IMG/VR virus record: IMGVR_UViG_3300010052_000156
Location: 1 to 30,749 of that record
Source of the DNA: a virus
Lineage: Duplodnaviria > Caudoviricetes
DNA: 30,749 nucleotides
Reading direction: 5' to 3' (one strand)
The position numbers were made by a program, and so were the translations under genes. Numbering within the stretch: position 1 is the stretch's first letter; each line of letters starts with the position of its first letter. Under the pieces are notes generated by a model. The model searched no databases. It saw only the letters and a list, made by a program, of their open reading frames with translations, and was not told the DNA's origin. Shown one piece after another: positions 18,020-26,469 of this stretch.

Positions 18020-18448
18020 ATGAAGTCTCATGATTGGTTCGGATGCGTTGGGCTTTCTCTTGGGTTGAAGGTTTGGGGGCGTCTGTTGAAGCCCCTGAGC
18101 AAATCCGACGAAGCGAAAGTGGAGAAAATCATCCGGATGCATCAAGAGATGTGGCCGAACGTTTCGAAGACCATGCTTCAAAAGCACTGTGGCAACTCTC
18201 TTCTTCAGGCTTGCCTGCACGACGACATGCCGAATTTCGAATTGTTTGCCCATGCCATTGCTCAGATGGCCGGCAAGAATTTCGTGATGGTCACGGCGAA
18301 GCAGTTCGAAGAAGGCAATCAGATCACCGTCAGCGCGAATAAGAGGGCGGACGCCTACACGCGGTGGCAGCCTGCTCGTGGCCTTCTGTTCAGGCTGCGC
18401 CTCGATCAGCGATTCAGGGGCGATTTCATCGAAGCGAAGGCCGCGTAG
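18020..18448 (+). CDS. Hypothetical protein
   Basis: 142 aa, GGAG RBS. Confidence 0.55.
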   Translation: MKSHDWFGCVGLSLGLKVWGRLLKPLSKSDEAKVEKIIRMHQEMWPNVSKTMLQKHCGNSLLQACLHDDMPNFELFAHAIAQMAGKNFVMVTAKQFEEGNQITVSANKRADAYTRWQPARGLLFRLRLDQRFRGDFIEAKAA

Positions 18449-18498
18449 CTGCCGATCTGCTAGGAGGCCCTTCGTCGCCCGTGGTGCCGGGGCCTCCG

Positions 18499-19185
18499 TC
18501 AGAACAGATCGCCCTTGAACGGCTCGATCGTCGTCGGATCGTCGTCGCCTTCGACGGCCCTGTTGACCCGCTTCGACACGATCCACTCACGAAGCTCGCG
18601 CGGCGGCTGCTTCAGCAGTTCCATGCCGCCCGAGCCATCTAGCCACGCGTCGAAATCCCTGCGGAGGAGCATGCAGGGCATCCGGTCATGATATTGCGCG
18701 GTCCAAGCGTTGGCCTCGCGGACGATCATGGTGCAGGTGGTGATGTCCTCGCCCGTCTCGGGATTGCGCCAGTTCTCCCAAAGCCCGGCGAAGGCCAGCA
18801 AGTCGCCATCGGCGGCCGAGAAGAAATGCGGCACCCGGTCCTTCTTTTCGCCGGTCCATTCGAAGAACCCGCTCGCGGGGATGATGCAGCGCCGGCTTTT
18901 GTAAGCGTGTTTGAATGTCCCGCTCGTCTCGACCGTCTCAACGCGGGCGTTAAAGGTCGCAAGCTTGAAATCCTTGAGCCCGCCCTTGTGCCAGCCCGGT
19001 ATGAGCCCCCAGCGGGCTTTCCGTAGCTCGCGGCCGGCTTCGGTGCGAATGATGATGTCAACGTCAGTCGTCGGCGCGATGTTGTAGCGGGCTCGCAGGT
19101 TCGGCCGATCGGCAGGCACCGTCAGCGGCTGGCTAAAGGCTACGATCTCTTGCCATGAGTAGGCCTGTGAAAAACGCCCGCACAT
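18499..19185 (-). CDS. SOS response-associated peptidase (SRAP / YedK / HMCES family)
   Basis: N-terminal MCGRF, RYNIAPT, RWGLIP, FNARVET, RCIIPASGFFEW, AFAGLWE and HDRMP. Confidence 0.95.
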   Translation of the reverse strand: MCGRFSQAYSWQEIVAFSQPLTVPADRPNLRARYNIAPTTDVDIIIRTEAGRELRKARWGLIPGWHKGGLKDFKLATFNARVETVETSGTFKHAYKSRRCIIPASGFFEWTGEKKDRVPHFFSAADGDLLAFAGLWENWRNPETGEDITTCTMIVREANAWTAQYHDRMPCMLLRRDFDAWLDGSGGMELLKQPPRELREWIVSKRVNRAVEGDDDPTTIEPFKGDLF

Positions 19186-19189
19186 GCCG

Positions 19190-19420
19190 TCACTCCGAGT
19201 CGTCGATCGGCCGAGAAATGCGGTGGGCCGGCGAATGCATCTCCTCTTCGCGGCGAAGCTGGATGCGGGCTTCCGTCAACGCCATTTCCAAGAAGTAGGC
19301 GACGGTGCCGTAGCCTCCCGCATAGGCGTAGGCGGTCACTGCTTCGATCCGCCCGACGAGATCGTCAGCCCTCCTTGGTGGCACAAGCGGCACTTCGGAA
19401 CCGTCTTTCGCCATGGTCAT
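19190..19420 (-). CDS. Small hypothetical protein (SOS operon)
   Basis: 76 aa with AYFLEMALTEA; operon packing. Confidence 0.6.
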   Translation of the reverse strand: MTMAKDGSEVPLVPPRRADDLVGRIEAVTAYAYAGGYGTVAYFLEMALTEARIQLRREEEMHSPAHRISRPIDDSE

Positions 19421-19432
19421 CTCGCCCCAGCC

Positions 19433-19726
19433 TCATTCAGGGTATTCCCCAGCGAGGCCATCGAACAAGTCATTGTCGGCCGCGTCCGCCGCGAGGGCGG
19501 TTTCAAGCTCGTTGGCAGGCACCATGACGCCGCCGAAATGACAATGGAAGGCGCGGGCGAACCGGGCATCCTCGAATGCTACGCGCACGGTTCCGGCATC
19601 CATCGTGCGGAGCACCCGGAACCCTATCTGCCAGTCCGTGCACCATGTCTCGATCCTGTGCAGGCGGTAGGCGGCCATTTCCCGATCGAGCTTGAGTTCA
19701 ACCTGATGGTCCCATGCCCCCGACAT
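19433..19726 (-). CDS. Small hypothetical protein (SOS operon)
   Basis: 97 aa, GGAG RBS, operon packing. Confidence 0.6.
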   Translation of the reverse strand: MSGAWDHQVELKLDREMAAYRLHRIETWCTDWQIGFRVLRTMDAGTVRVAFEDARFARAFHCHFGGVMVPANELETALAADAADNDLFDGLAGEYPE

Positions 19727-19730
19727 TGGT

Positions 19731-19967
19731 TCACTCCATGCCTTCGGCTCCGAAGGGCCGAGAATATCCCGACCCTTCTTTCTCCCCGTTCAGAATGCGG
19801 TTCATCAATTCCAAAGAGTGATTGAGCGGATCGAGCCCAATGTACACCGTGCTGGATAACGGCACCTCTGCCGCCCAGCCACGGACCTTCCATTGGAAGT
19901 CTCGCACTTCCTTCTGGATTTCGTCGATCTTGCTCGGATGCAGCGAGCGCTTCGATCGCTTCACCAT
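19731..19967 (-). CDS. Small hypothetical protein (SOS operon)
   Basis: Likely start ATG 19967 (MVKRSKRSL), 1 nt after the upstream stop. Confidence 0.55.
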   Translation of the reverse strand: MVKRSKRSLHPSKIDEIQKEVRDFQWKVRGWAAEVPLSSTVYIGLDPLNHSLELMNRILNGEKEGSGYSRPFGAEGME

Positions 19968-19968
19968 C

Positions 19969-20178
19969 TCAGCCGATCCTCCGCCATGGTTGCCGACCGC
20001 GCACATAGCCGTGCGACACGAGCCGATCCGCGTCCGCAGCCATCACGGCGAGGTCGTGCAGCAGCATCCGAATAGCCTCCCGGACGTCGCCCTTCGCCTC
20101 AAGTAGGACGGCGTCGATCTCTGCCTCGGAAATCACCGGGGGCGGGGGCTGCTTGTCTGGGGCTGGCTCGTCCGTCAT
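19969..20178 (-). CDS. Small alphaproteobacterial SOS-type protein, first gene of the operon
   Basis: EIDAVL.EAKGDVREAIRMLLHDL...VSHGYVRG; LexA box adjacent to the ATG. Confidence 0.7.
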   Translation of the reverse strand: MTDEPAPDKQPPPPVISEAEIDAVLLEAKGDVREAIRMLLHDLAVMAADADRLVSHGYVRGRQPWRRIG

Positions 20179-20180
20179 GA

Positions 20181-20215
20181 GAACAAAATAAGAACATCGA
20201 GTCGAATCGAGTCAA
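20181..20215 (-). promoter_or_regulatory. Alphaproteobacterial LexA box and promoter
   Basis: GTTC-N7-GTTC (GTTCTTATTTTGTTC, 20181-20195) 2 nt before the ATG; TTGACT at 20210-20215. Confidence 0.85.
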
Positions 20216-20279
20216 GCGACCAGAACGTGTTTTGCGGGGAAGCAACGCCCGACCTCGCGGCAACGAGGCCGGGCGATTG

Positions 20280-20501
20280 TCAGGCCATGATGGTCTGTCG
20301 GTACCGTTGGACGGCCCGTCGTGTCAGGTCGTCTTCGTCTTCAGCGAGAGGCACCAGCGCCGCGACGATATAGGCCAGCCGGACGCGTTCTCGCTCTTCA
20401 TGCGCATCGGGAATGGTCGATCTGACTTCCTCCCACGCAGCCCCCAAAGCCGCCTGTGCACGAGCGAGGTCAACTGGATCACTCAACGATGAGAAGGGCA
20501 T
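20280..20501 (-). CDS. Small hypothetical protein
   Basis: MPFSSLSDPVDLARAQAAL...ERVRLAYIVA, ATG preceded by AAGGAG. Confidence 0.65.
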   Translation of the reverse strand: MPFSSLSDPVDLARAQAALGAAWEEVRSTIPDAHEERERVRLAYIVAALVPLAEDEDDLTRRAVQRYRQTIMA

Positions 20502-20770
20502 GGCTCCTTTCCCCCGCACAGGATTGTGCCCCAAAATTTTATGCCAACTCGGGCGATCGACAAGAGCAAAAGACATTGAACGTGGGCGGGCAGGGAGCCG
20601 GCTGGCGGGCCTGTCGCTAGGAAGGCGGACGTCGGCCGTGGGACTGTCGTGACGGCTATGGGGCCGGATTCAGGACGTCGCCGTGTACGGGCTTCGGCGG
20701 ACGACGTCGGGGCTATCTGGCGGCCGGGCTCCGATCGCGGCGCGGAACCCCATCAGGACCTACCCCTCCC

Positions 20771-21021
20771 GTTGTTCCGTTGTTCTCAGGGGCGAGCAGC
20801 CCGGTTGTTCTTTCGAGTTGTTCCCGCGACTTGCTCGCGGGTTGATCACCAATTGATCGAGAGCAGGCCAAAGCCGAATTGATCCAGCGAGGGGCTCGCC
20901 CCGAAGCCGTTGTTCTTCCTGTTGATCGCGAGAGGCAGAAAGCCGGTTGTTCCGAGCGAATGCGACGACTCGCATTCTCATTGATCAATTGATCTTTGAT
21001 CTATTGATAACAACGTTGATC
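20771..21021 (+). repeat. Array of 14 co-oriented TTG(A/T)TC motifs with hairpins (iteron-like)
   Basis: Heptamers (mostly RTTGWTC) start at 20771, 20779, 20804, 20817, 20841, 20852, 20878, 20909, 20921, 20946, 20980, 20988, 20995 and 21015. Confidence 0.85.
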
Positions 21022-21181
21022 AATGAAGTACCTCTTCAATGAGAACGCGAGGATGTGAGGGCAAGAAGGTGAATAAAAGCGGGATATAACTTCTCATATG
21101 AGAAAGATATATACCTGCGATTACGAGGCATGGTATCTTGTCTACATTAATCAACGCCATATTTCTTAGGAGATCATTGTT

Positions 21182-21814
21182 ATGGAAATTTCTGAAAAGA
21201 TCGCGTTTCTTCGGAGCGCCATCGCCGGCGATCCGGTCCCCCTCGCAGTCAACGCCTCTTTCCCTGCTATCGCGGCTGCCCCCGTCGCCCCTGCGGCTCC
21301 GGCCGTCCAGTGGACCACGGGCTTCCCCGTCACCAACGAGATCGGTCGCATTCGCCTCCAGCTTTTCGACAACGGCACCGGCAAGCGCGGCAAGGTCCAG
21401 TATGTCCTGAAGGTCCGCGTCTGGTCGAAGAGCAGCGCCCCGTTTGACGACTACCTTCCGGATTGGACGTCCTATGTCGAACTGATCGACCCAACAAAGG
21501 TCGTCGCATGGTCGGTGCTGAATGAGCCGAGCAATCCGGAAATCCGCCCGGAGCGGTACAGCAAGGCCCGCGATGAACTCGACCTGTGGAGCCACAAGGC
21601 ATCTGGCCAGACCGTTTGGGGGAAGATGGGCCACATCCGGACATCCCCCGGCAAGCAATATTTCCCGAACGAGTTCGTCACCGCGCGTTATGTTGATGAA
21701 GCGCTCTCGATCTCTCTGCACATTCGCGGCGAGGTGATCGAGTTCGACAAGTTCCACCCGAACAAGACGAACAACCGCAAGGCCGCTGTCCTTCACGCTT
21801 GGAAGGACTTTTGA
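21182..21814 (+). CDS. Hypothetical protein (210 aa)
   Basis: AGGAG RBS, strongly biased codon use, Ala/Pro linker then a beta-rich aromatic domain. Confidence 0.7.
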   Translation: MEISEKIAFLRSAIAGDPVPLAVNASFPAIAAAPVAPAAPAVQWTTGFPVTNEIGRIRLQLFDNGTGKRGKVQYVLKVRVWSKSSAPFDDYLPDWTSYVELIDPTKVVAWSVLNEPSNPEIRPERYSKARDELDLWSHKASGQTVWGKMGHIRTSPGKQYFPNEFVTARYVDEALSISLHIRGEVIEFDKFHPNKTNNRKAAVLHAWKDF

Positions 21815-21815
21815 G

Positions 21816-22097
21816 ATGGCGACCGAAACGGAACAGCTTGCGGACCTGATGTTCAGCCTGCTTCACCAGCACCACGCTGATATCGAGGCTCTCAAATCCG
21901 AGAACTCAGCCCTCAAAGCCGCGAACGCGACCCTCCAGCAGACCCTCAACGATATCTGCAAAGGCGTGAGCGAGCGGCTCGATGCGATCGACAACCACCT
22001 CGCCGAGCAGCCCGACGAATATGCTCTCCATCGGTTCTTCAATCCGAACGTTGGTCGTGACAGTGATGATCCGCAACGAGCCGGCAGCCTGACATGA
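21816..22097 (+). CDS. Small coiled-coil protein
   Basis: Heptad pattern IEALKSENSALKAANATLQQTL; coupled to the upstream gene. Confidence 0.65.
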   Translation: MATETEQLADLMFSLLHQHHADIEALKSENSALKAANATLQQTLNDICKGVSERLDAIDNHLAEQPDEYALHRFFNPNVGRDSDDPQRAGSLT

Positions 22098-22107
22098 AGG
22101 CCGCCTA

Positions 22108-22395
22108 ATGGCCCGCCCGCGCCGTTACACCCCCGAGGAGCGTGAGGAGGTCAGGAAGGCCAATGATCGCCTTGCTCGCGCCCGTAAGCGTCAGCAGATG
22201 ATCGAGGCCGGCACCGCTTGCGCTCGCGGCGCTCCGGGCGTCCGCCGGAAGTGGCCGAATGATCCGACTCTCCCGGTCAGCGACGAGATTCAGGCCGTGC
22301 TCGACGCGGCTGGGCCTGAAACCATTCTGACGCTCGATCTTCGGAACATTTCGCGAGCGGATCACGCCCGATATCGGCGGAAAATCGGCAACTGA
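22108..22395 (+). CDS. Small basic hypothetical protein, possibly DNA-binding
   Basis: MARPRRYTPEER...RARKR; Arg-rich. Confidence 0.55.
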   Translation: MARPRRYTPEEREEVRKANDRLARARKRQQMIEAGTACARGAPGVRRKWPNDPTLPVSDEIQAVLDAAGPETILTLDLRNISRADHARYRRKIGN

Positions 22396-22455
22396 TTGTG
22401 GAAGGCCCGGTGCACTAACCTTACGGCGCGGCTGGCGGCGAGCTACCAATCTTCC

Positions 22456-23166
22456 ATGTCCGATGACCTGAAGAAGCTCGCTGCCGACACCGCCGACCTC
22501 CTCCCGCAGTTCCGGCACGGGGGGAGCATGCTGGGCCTCTACCTGCCCAGCGAACGAGCCGCAAAATTCAAAGCCAACTGCACTGATGCGCAGGCCATCA
22601 TCTACGAAGAGCTTGGCGCGGGAAGTAACTTTGCCTTTCAAATTGGGATGGCTGCAAATCGGCTTTCTGACGGCCCATCCCACAACAACGTCCAAGAGGC
22701 GGCCGAACTCATGCTTGCCGCCGCGCGAGCGGTCGAGCGGAAGTCGGCCCGGCCGCCGGTCATGCAAGCGCCTGCACGGAACTATGTCGATCCCTCCCGC
22801 ATTGCGGCTCTGAAGGCGATCCAAGGCGCGCCGCACGACTTCAAACGGCTGATCGAGCTATGCCGCGAGATCAACGTCGCAGCGGCGAACGACTGCCATA
22901 TGGCGACTGCGATGCTGCTCCGGGCGATCCTCGATCACGTGCCGCCTGTGTTCGGCTTCAACACCTTCAACGAAGTCGCGAGCCAGTACGGCGGGCGCTC
23001 CTTCAAGGGCTGTGCTCAGACGCTTCAAAATACGAGCCGCAAGATCGCGGACATGCACCTTCACGGTCCGATACGGGCGAGGGAGGACCTGCCCACGGTC
23101 GTTCAGGTCACTTTCTCGGCCGACCTTGACGTGATGCTTGGCGAGGTCATCCGGCTCAGCAGCTAG
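22456..23166 (+). CDS. Helical protein with HEPN-like C-terminal domain
   Basis: RLIELCREIN...ATAMLLRAILDHVPPVFG...RKIADMHLH (Rx5H). Confidence 0.6.
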   Translation: MSDDLKKLAADTADLLPQFRHGGSMLGLYLPSERAAKFKANCTDAQAIIYEELGAGSNFAFQIGMAANRLSDGPSHNNVQEAAELMLAAARAVERKSARPPVMQAPARNYVDPSRIAALKAIQGAPHDFKRLIELCREINVAAANDCHMATAMLLRAILDHVPPVFGFNTFNEVASQYGGRSFKGCAQTLQNTSRKIADMHLHGPIRAREDLPTVVQVTFSADLDVMLGEVIRLSS

Positions 23167-23290
23167 ATTGGAATCCTGACCCGGCCAGCATTTTTGGCTT
23201 CGAACGGGCGACTGATGGTCAACTCAACCTTCGCGCGTTACATTTGCCCCACTTTGCTAAAAGCGATGCGAAGGGGCAGGGGATTCAACG

Positions 23291-23713
23291 ATGGTAGTTT
23301 GTGGCGTAGAGCTTCGCAGCAGCGAAGCTCGCCTCGTGCTCGTGACTGTTAAGGACGGCGAGCCAACACATGTTCAGAGCAAGACCAAGGTTCTGAAGCT
23401 CGGTGATGACACCTCCAACGATTCCATCGCGACCTTTTTTCAAGCGGTGAAAACTTTCGCCCATGAAAATGGGGTGGAGGCATTCGCGATTAAAGCGCGC
23501 GCAAAGAAAGGTCAAATGGCCGGCGGCGGCATAACTTTCAAAATGGAAGCGATCATTCAGTTGTCCGGAGTTGATGTTTCTCTGGTAAACTCGGTCGCTC
23601 TATCAAGTTTTTCAAAAAAGAATATTGCAGGTATTCCAGATTCGATCAATGGAGTTGATCAGAATGCTTACCTATCGGCTGTGTTTGACTTGAATCGCAA
23701 GAAGCTAATCTAA
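23291..23713 (+). CDS. DUF3010-family protein
   Basis: VCGVEL.SSEA, IKARAKKGQMAGGGITFKMEAIIQL. Confidence 0.75.
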   Translation: MVVCGVELRSSEARLVLVTVKDGEPTHVQSKTKVLKLGDDTSNDSIATFFQAVKTFAHENGVEAFAIKARAKKGQMAGGGITFKMEAIIQLSGVDVSLVNSVALSSFSKKNIAGIPDSINGVDQNAYLSAVFDLNRKKLI

Positions 23714-24786
23714 TGGCGATCGACCTGAATATTCTGAAAGGCGACACTCTCAAAAAGGCTGAGGAACTCTCGAAGGACATCGAATTCCGCTCAATCAGCG
23801 AAAAGGGCGCGAACGGATACGTTCTTTTCGGGCACAATCGAGTTCTCAAGCGGGACGTCGTAGTTAAGTTTTACTATTGGGGGTCGGGTGATCACGCAGA
23901 GCCCGAGCTTCTCGCAAAGCTAGAATCTGACTACATTTTGAAAGTTTATCATGCAGAAAGTTTGAACAAGGATGATGCCTACTTTATGACTCCGCATTGT
24001 GCTTCGGGAGACCTCCTCGATGCCATTAACAAGCGAAGATTCGGGAACGTAGAGGCGATCGACATTATAGGGCAAATCGCCGCCGGTACGAGCTTCTTGC
24101 ACGGAAACGGATATCTTCATCGTGACCTGAAGCCGGAAAATCTCTTTTGTGTATCAGAATCAAAGTTCGTCATCGGTGATTTCGGATCAGTGGTGCCTCA
24201 GCACGAGGATGGCTCCGCGAACTCTCGAACAAGGCATTCGCTCATCTACCGAACGCCGGAGGAGATCACGCAGAGAAAGTATTACAGGCAAGGCGATGTG
24301 TACCAATTGGGAATGGTGCTTTACCAAGTTCTTGGCGGCTCTCTCTCCTACAACGAGCGTGACTGGCTTACTAAGAAAGAACAGGCCGTCTACGATGGTC
24401 TCAGTGGATACGATCAACAGCTATTCGCGACGGAAGCTATTGAGAAGCTCATCATAAAAGGACGCATCCTTGATCTGGGCAGCCTACCGCCGTGGGTCTG
24501 CAAACCTCTGAGGACGATGATCCGAAAGTGCTGTTCGACCGATGTTGGGACGCGATATGCGCTTGTTGCTGATCTTAGTTCCGCACTGAATAATTTGCGC
24601 GGCAGAGTTCCCGACTGGCGAGTGGAAGAGCATCCGATCTTACGGCGTGGCAGAAAGCAGTTTCGTGTCGTGCCTTATAAAGGTGCTTTGGCGATCGAGA
24701 AGAAGGCCGGAGAAAACTGGCGAAGAGAGAGAGCGCTCAATCCAGCGAACCTCACAGAGGCTGTGGAGATGGCTGAGGCAATCTGA
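23713..24786 (+). CDS. Hanks-type Ser/Thr protein kinase
   Basis: Gly-loop KGANGYV, VVVK, HRDLKPEN, GDFG, YRTPEE and DVYQLG; TAATG overlap with DUF3010. Confidence 0.92.
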   Translation: MAIDLNILKGDTLKKAEELSKDIEFRSISEKGANGYVLFGHNRVLKRDVVVKFYYWGSGDHAEPELLAKLESDYILKVYHAESLNKDDAYFMTPHCASGDLLDAINKRRFGNVEAIDIIGQIAAGTSFLHGNGYLHRDLKPENLFCVSESKFVIGDFGSVVPQHEDGSANSRTRHSLIYRTPEEITQRKYYRQGDVYQLGMVLYQVLGGSLSYNERDWLTKKEQAVYDGLSGYDQQLFATEAIEKLIIKGRILDLGSLPPWVCKPLRTMIRKCCSTDVGTRYALVADLSSALNNLRGRVPDWRVEEHPILRRGRKQFRVVPYKGALAIEKKAGENWRRERALNPANLTEAVEMAEAI

Positions 24787-24908
24787 TCAAACTATTGGAG
24801 CATTCGCGCTATCGCCCGAGCGGCGAAACTAAATAGGATGGAGGGCCGGTCACGATCCTTCCAAGTCTCTGGCCGGCTCTTATCTCCTAATATCTAGCGT
24901 TCAAGATG

Positions 24909-24940
24909 GCCTGCCGCACCCCCGTGCGGCAGGCTTCTTC
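24909..24940 (+). terminator. Strong hairpin / intrinsic terminator
   Basis: Perfect 11-bp stem GCCTGCCGCAC/GTGCGGCAGGC followed by TTCTTC. Confidence 0.6.
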
Positions 24941-24955
24941 ATCAAACCGGAGCCC

Positions 24956-25147
24956 ATGTTCGAAATCGCTCTCCCCGGAATCATCACAGGCGATGAACTA
25001 GCCGAAAAGCGCGATGGCTTCACGCTCGCCGGTCTTCGCTATGAGACGCCGGGATTCGATCTCGGAGGCCTCGATTCTGATCAAACCACGGTCTTCCTCT
25101 TTGACGACGAGATCGAGGCAGCCAAGTTCCGAATGACGTGGGGCTGA
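24956..25147 (+). CDS. Small phage hypothetical protein
   Basis: 63 aa, GGAG RBS, ends FDDEIEAAKFRMTWG. Confidence 0.6.
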   Translation: MFEIALPGIITGDELAEKRDGFTLAGLRYETPGFDLGGLDSDQTTVFLFDDEIEAAKFRMTWG

Positions 25148-25209
25148 CGCCTTCCCCAACACAATCCGGCACGCTATTGCTCGGATGGGTTGAGGGGATC
25201 GACGCTGCA

Positions 25210-26469
25210 ATGGCCACTGCGGATTCGCGCTACGAGACAGTCGAAAATCCCGATGGCCTGTCGCCGAAAGAAGTGCTGGATGCACCGGCGAGCGTGCAGC
25301 GCGAAGCCGTGCTGTTGTGGTTCGTGCGCCACTACGACAGTCTCGAAGACACTTCGCTCACTTCGCAAGCGGGAAACTACCTCTCGGACAACATGCCGCC
25401 CCATACAGCGGAAGGGCATCTTATCGATGAGTTCAGCCAATGGCTGCCGTGGCCGCGCATTCAAGAGGTAATCGACGCGCTTCGAGCGCCAAAGCCGCCC
25501 CGCTGGGCTCGCCGCCACATCACAAACAAGGATGGACTAGCGCCGCTACAGGAGCCCGCCTCGACCATTCGACGCATGCCGTCGAAGAAGCGCTATTACA
25601 GCTTTGAGGACTACGACGGGCTGACCCCTTCGCAACTGAAGCGAGCGTCCAAGGCGGATCAAATCCGCTACATGCAGCACTGGTTCTGGACCTTCTACGA
25701 GGACCCTTCCGCTGGCATGCCCCACATATCGAAAGAGGGCGGCTTCCAATACATTTGGGGTGGCCCATACGACGCCATGGAAGAGCTTTTCCATGAGTTC
25801 GACGGCACGGTGTCAGAGAGCCGTATTCGGGAGGCTGCTGAGTCCGTTCAGAGCGACGGCACCTACGATTGGGCTCCTAGCCCGGAGCATCCCAACCGCC
25901 GCGCCGATCGGGAGGAGTTTCAGGCCGGCGACGAGCTATCTGAAGCGCTTGCTGCCGGGGCATCCGAAGAGACGCCGGAAGAAGCGCTCGAATCCGTCAC
26001 TGAAATGCTCAAGAGCGGCTCCCGGCCATACTACGGAGCAGCCGACGAGATCGCCCAGCGTCAGGATATCCTCGCTCGTCTGGCGGTCGCCGAAGCCGAA
26101 ATCGCGAAACTGAAGCGGAAGCGTAGGAGGAAACGCCCGGCCGCGCGCAACCACAACAATCCGCCTGAACTCCTCGCCGATGAAGAAGGCGACCGGCTTG
26201 ACGACGCTGAGAAGGCGGTTGTCGAGATCAAGGGCGAGTTAGCGAAAGAAAAGCCCGACGCGCCGAAGGTCGCCAGCGCAACCGCTCGCCTCTTCGCGTT
26301 CGTCAAGTTCGGCGGCAAGAAAATCGGAGAGAAGATGGCCGAAAAGGTCGGCGAGAAGATCATGGATTCGTCGATCGTTCAGAGCGGCCTCGCGCTCTTG
26401 AAGGAGCACGTCTTCAAGGCTGCACAGAAGATCGTCGAATGGCTGACTAACATCACCCTTCCGTTCTAG
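25210..26469 (+). CDS. Hypothetical protein with tandem-duplicated N-terminal domain, coiled coil and amphipathic C-terminus
   Basis: Likely start ATG 25210 (GAGGGG RBS); two DGL(S/T)P...Q.....WF...Y(D/E) units; the second has EGGFQYIWGGPYDAMEEL. Confidence 0.7.
   Translation: MATADSRYETVENPDGLSPKEVLDAPASVQREAVLLWFVRHYDSLEDTSLTSQAGNYLSDNMPPHTAEGHLIDEFSQWLPWPRIQEVIDALRAPKPPRWARRHITNKDGLAPLQEPASTIRRMPSKKRYYSFEDYDGLTPSQLKRASKADQIRYMQHWFWTFYEDPSAGMPHISKEGGFQYIWGGPYDAMEELFHEFDGTVSESRIREAAESVQSDGTYDWAPSPEHPNRRADREEFQAGDELSEALAAGASEETPEEALESVTEMLKSGSRPYYGAADEIAQRQDILARLAVAEAEIAKLKRKRRRKRPAARNHNNPPELLADEEGDRLDDAEKAVVEIKGELAKEKPDAPKVASATARLFAFVKFGGKKIGEKMAEKVGEKIMDSSIVQSGLALLKEHVFKAAQKIVEWLTNITLPF

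Noticed and set aside
20771-21021. GTTC-containing repeats as multiple LexA boxes or a CRISPR array
   Set aside because: The GTTC pairs I checked do not have N7 spacing; units are 6-7 bp with irregular spacing.
24855-24870. CTTCCAA loop resembling a tRNA-Gly anticodon arm
   Set aside because: No D-arm, T-arm or acceptor stem around it.
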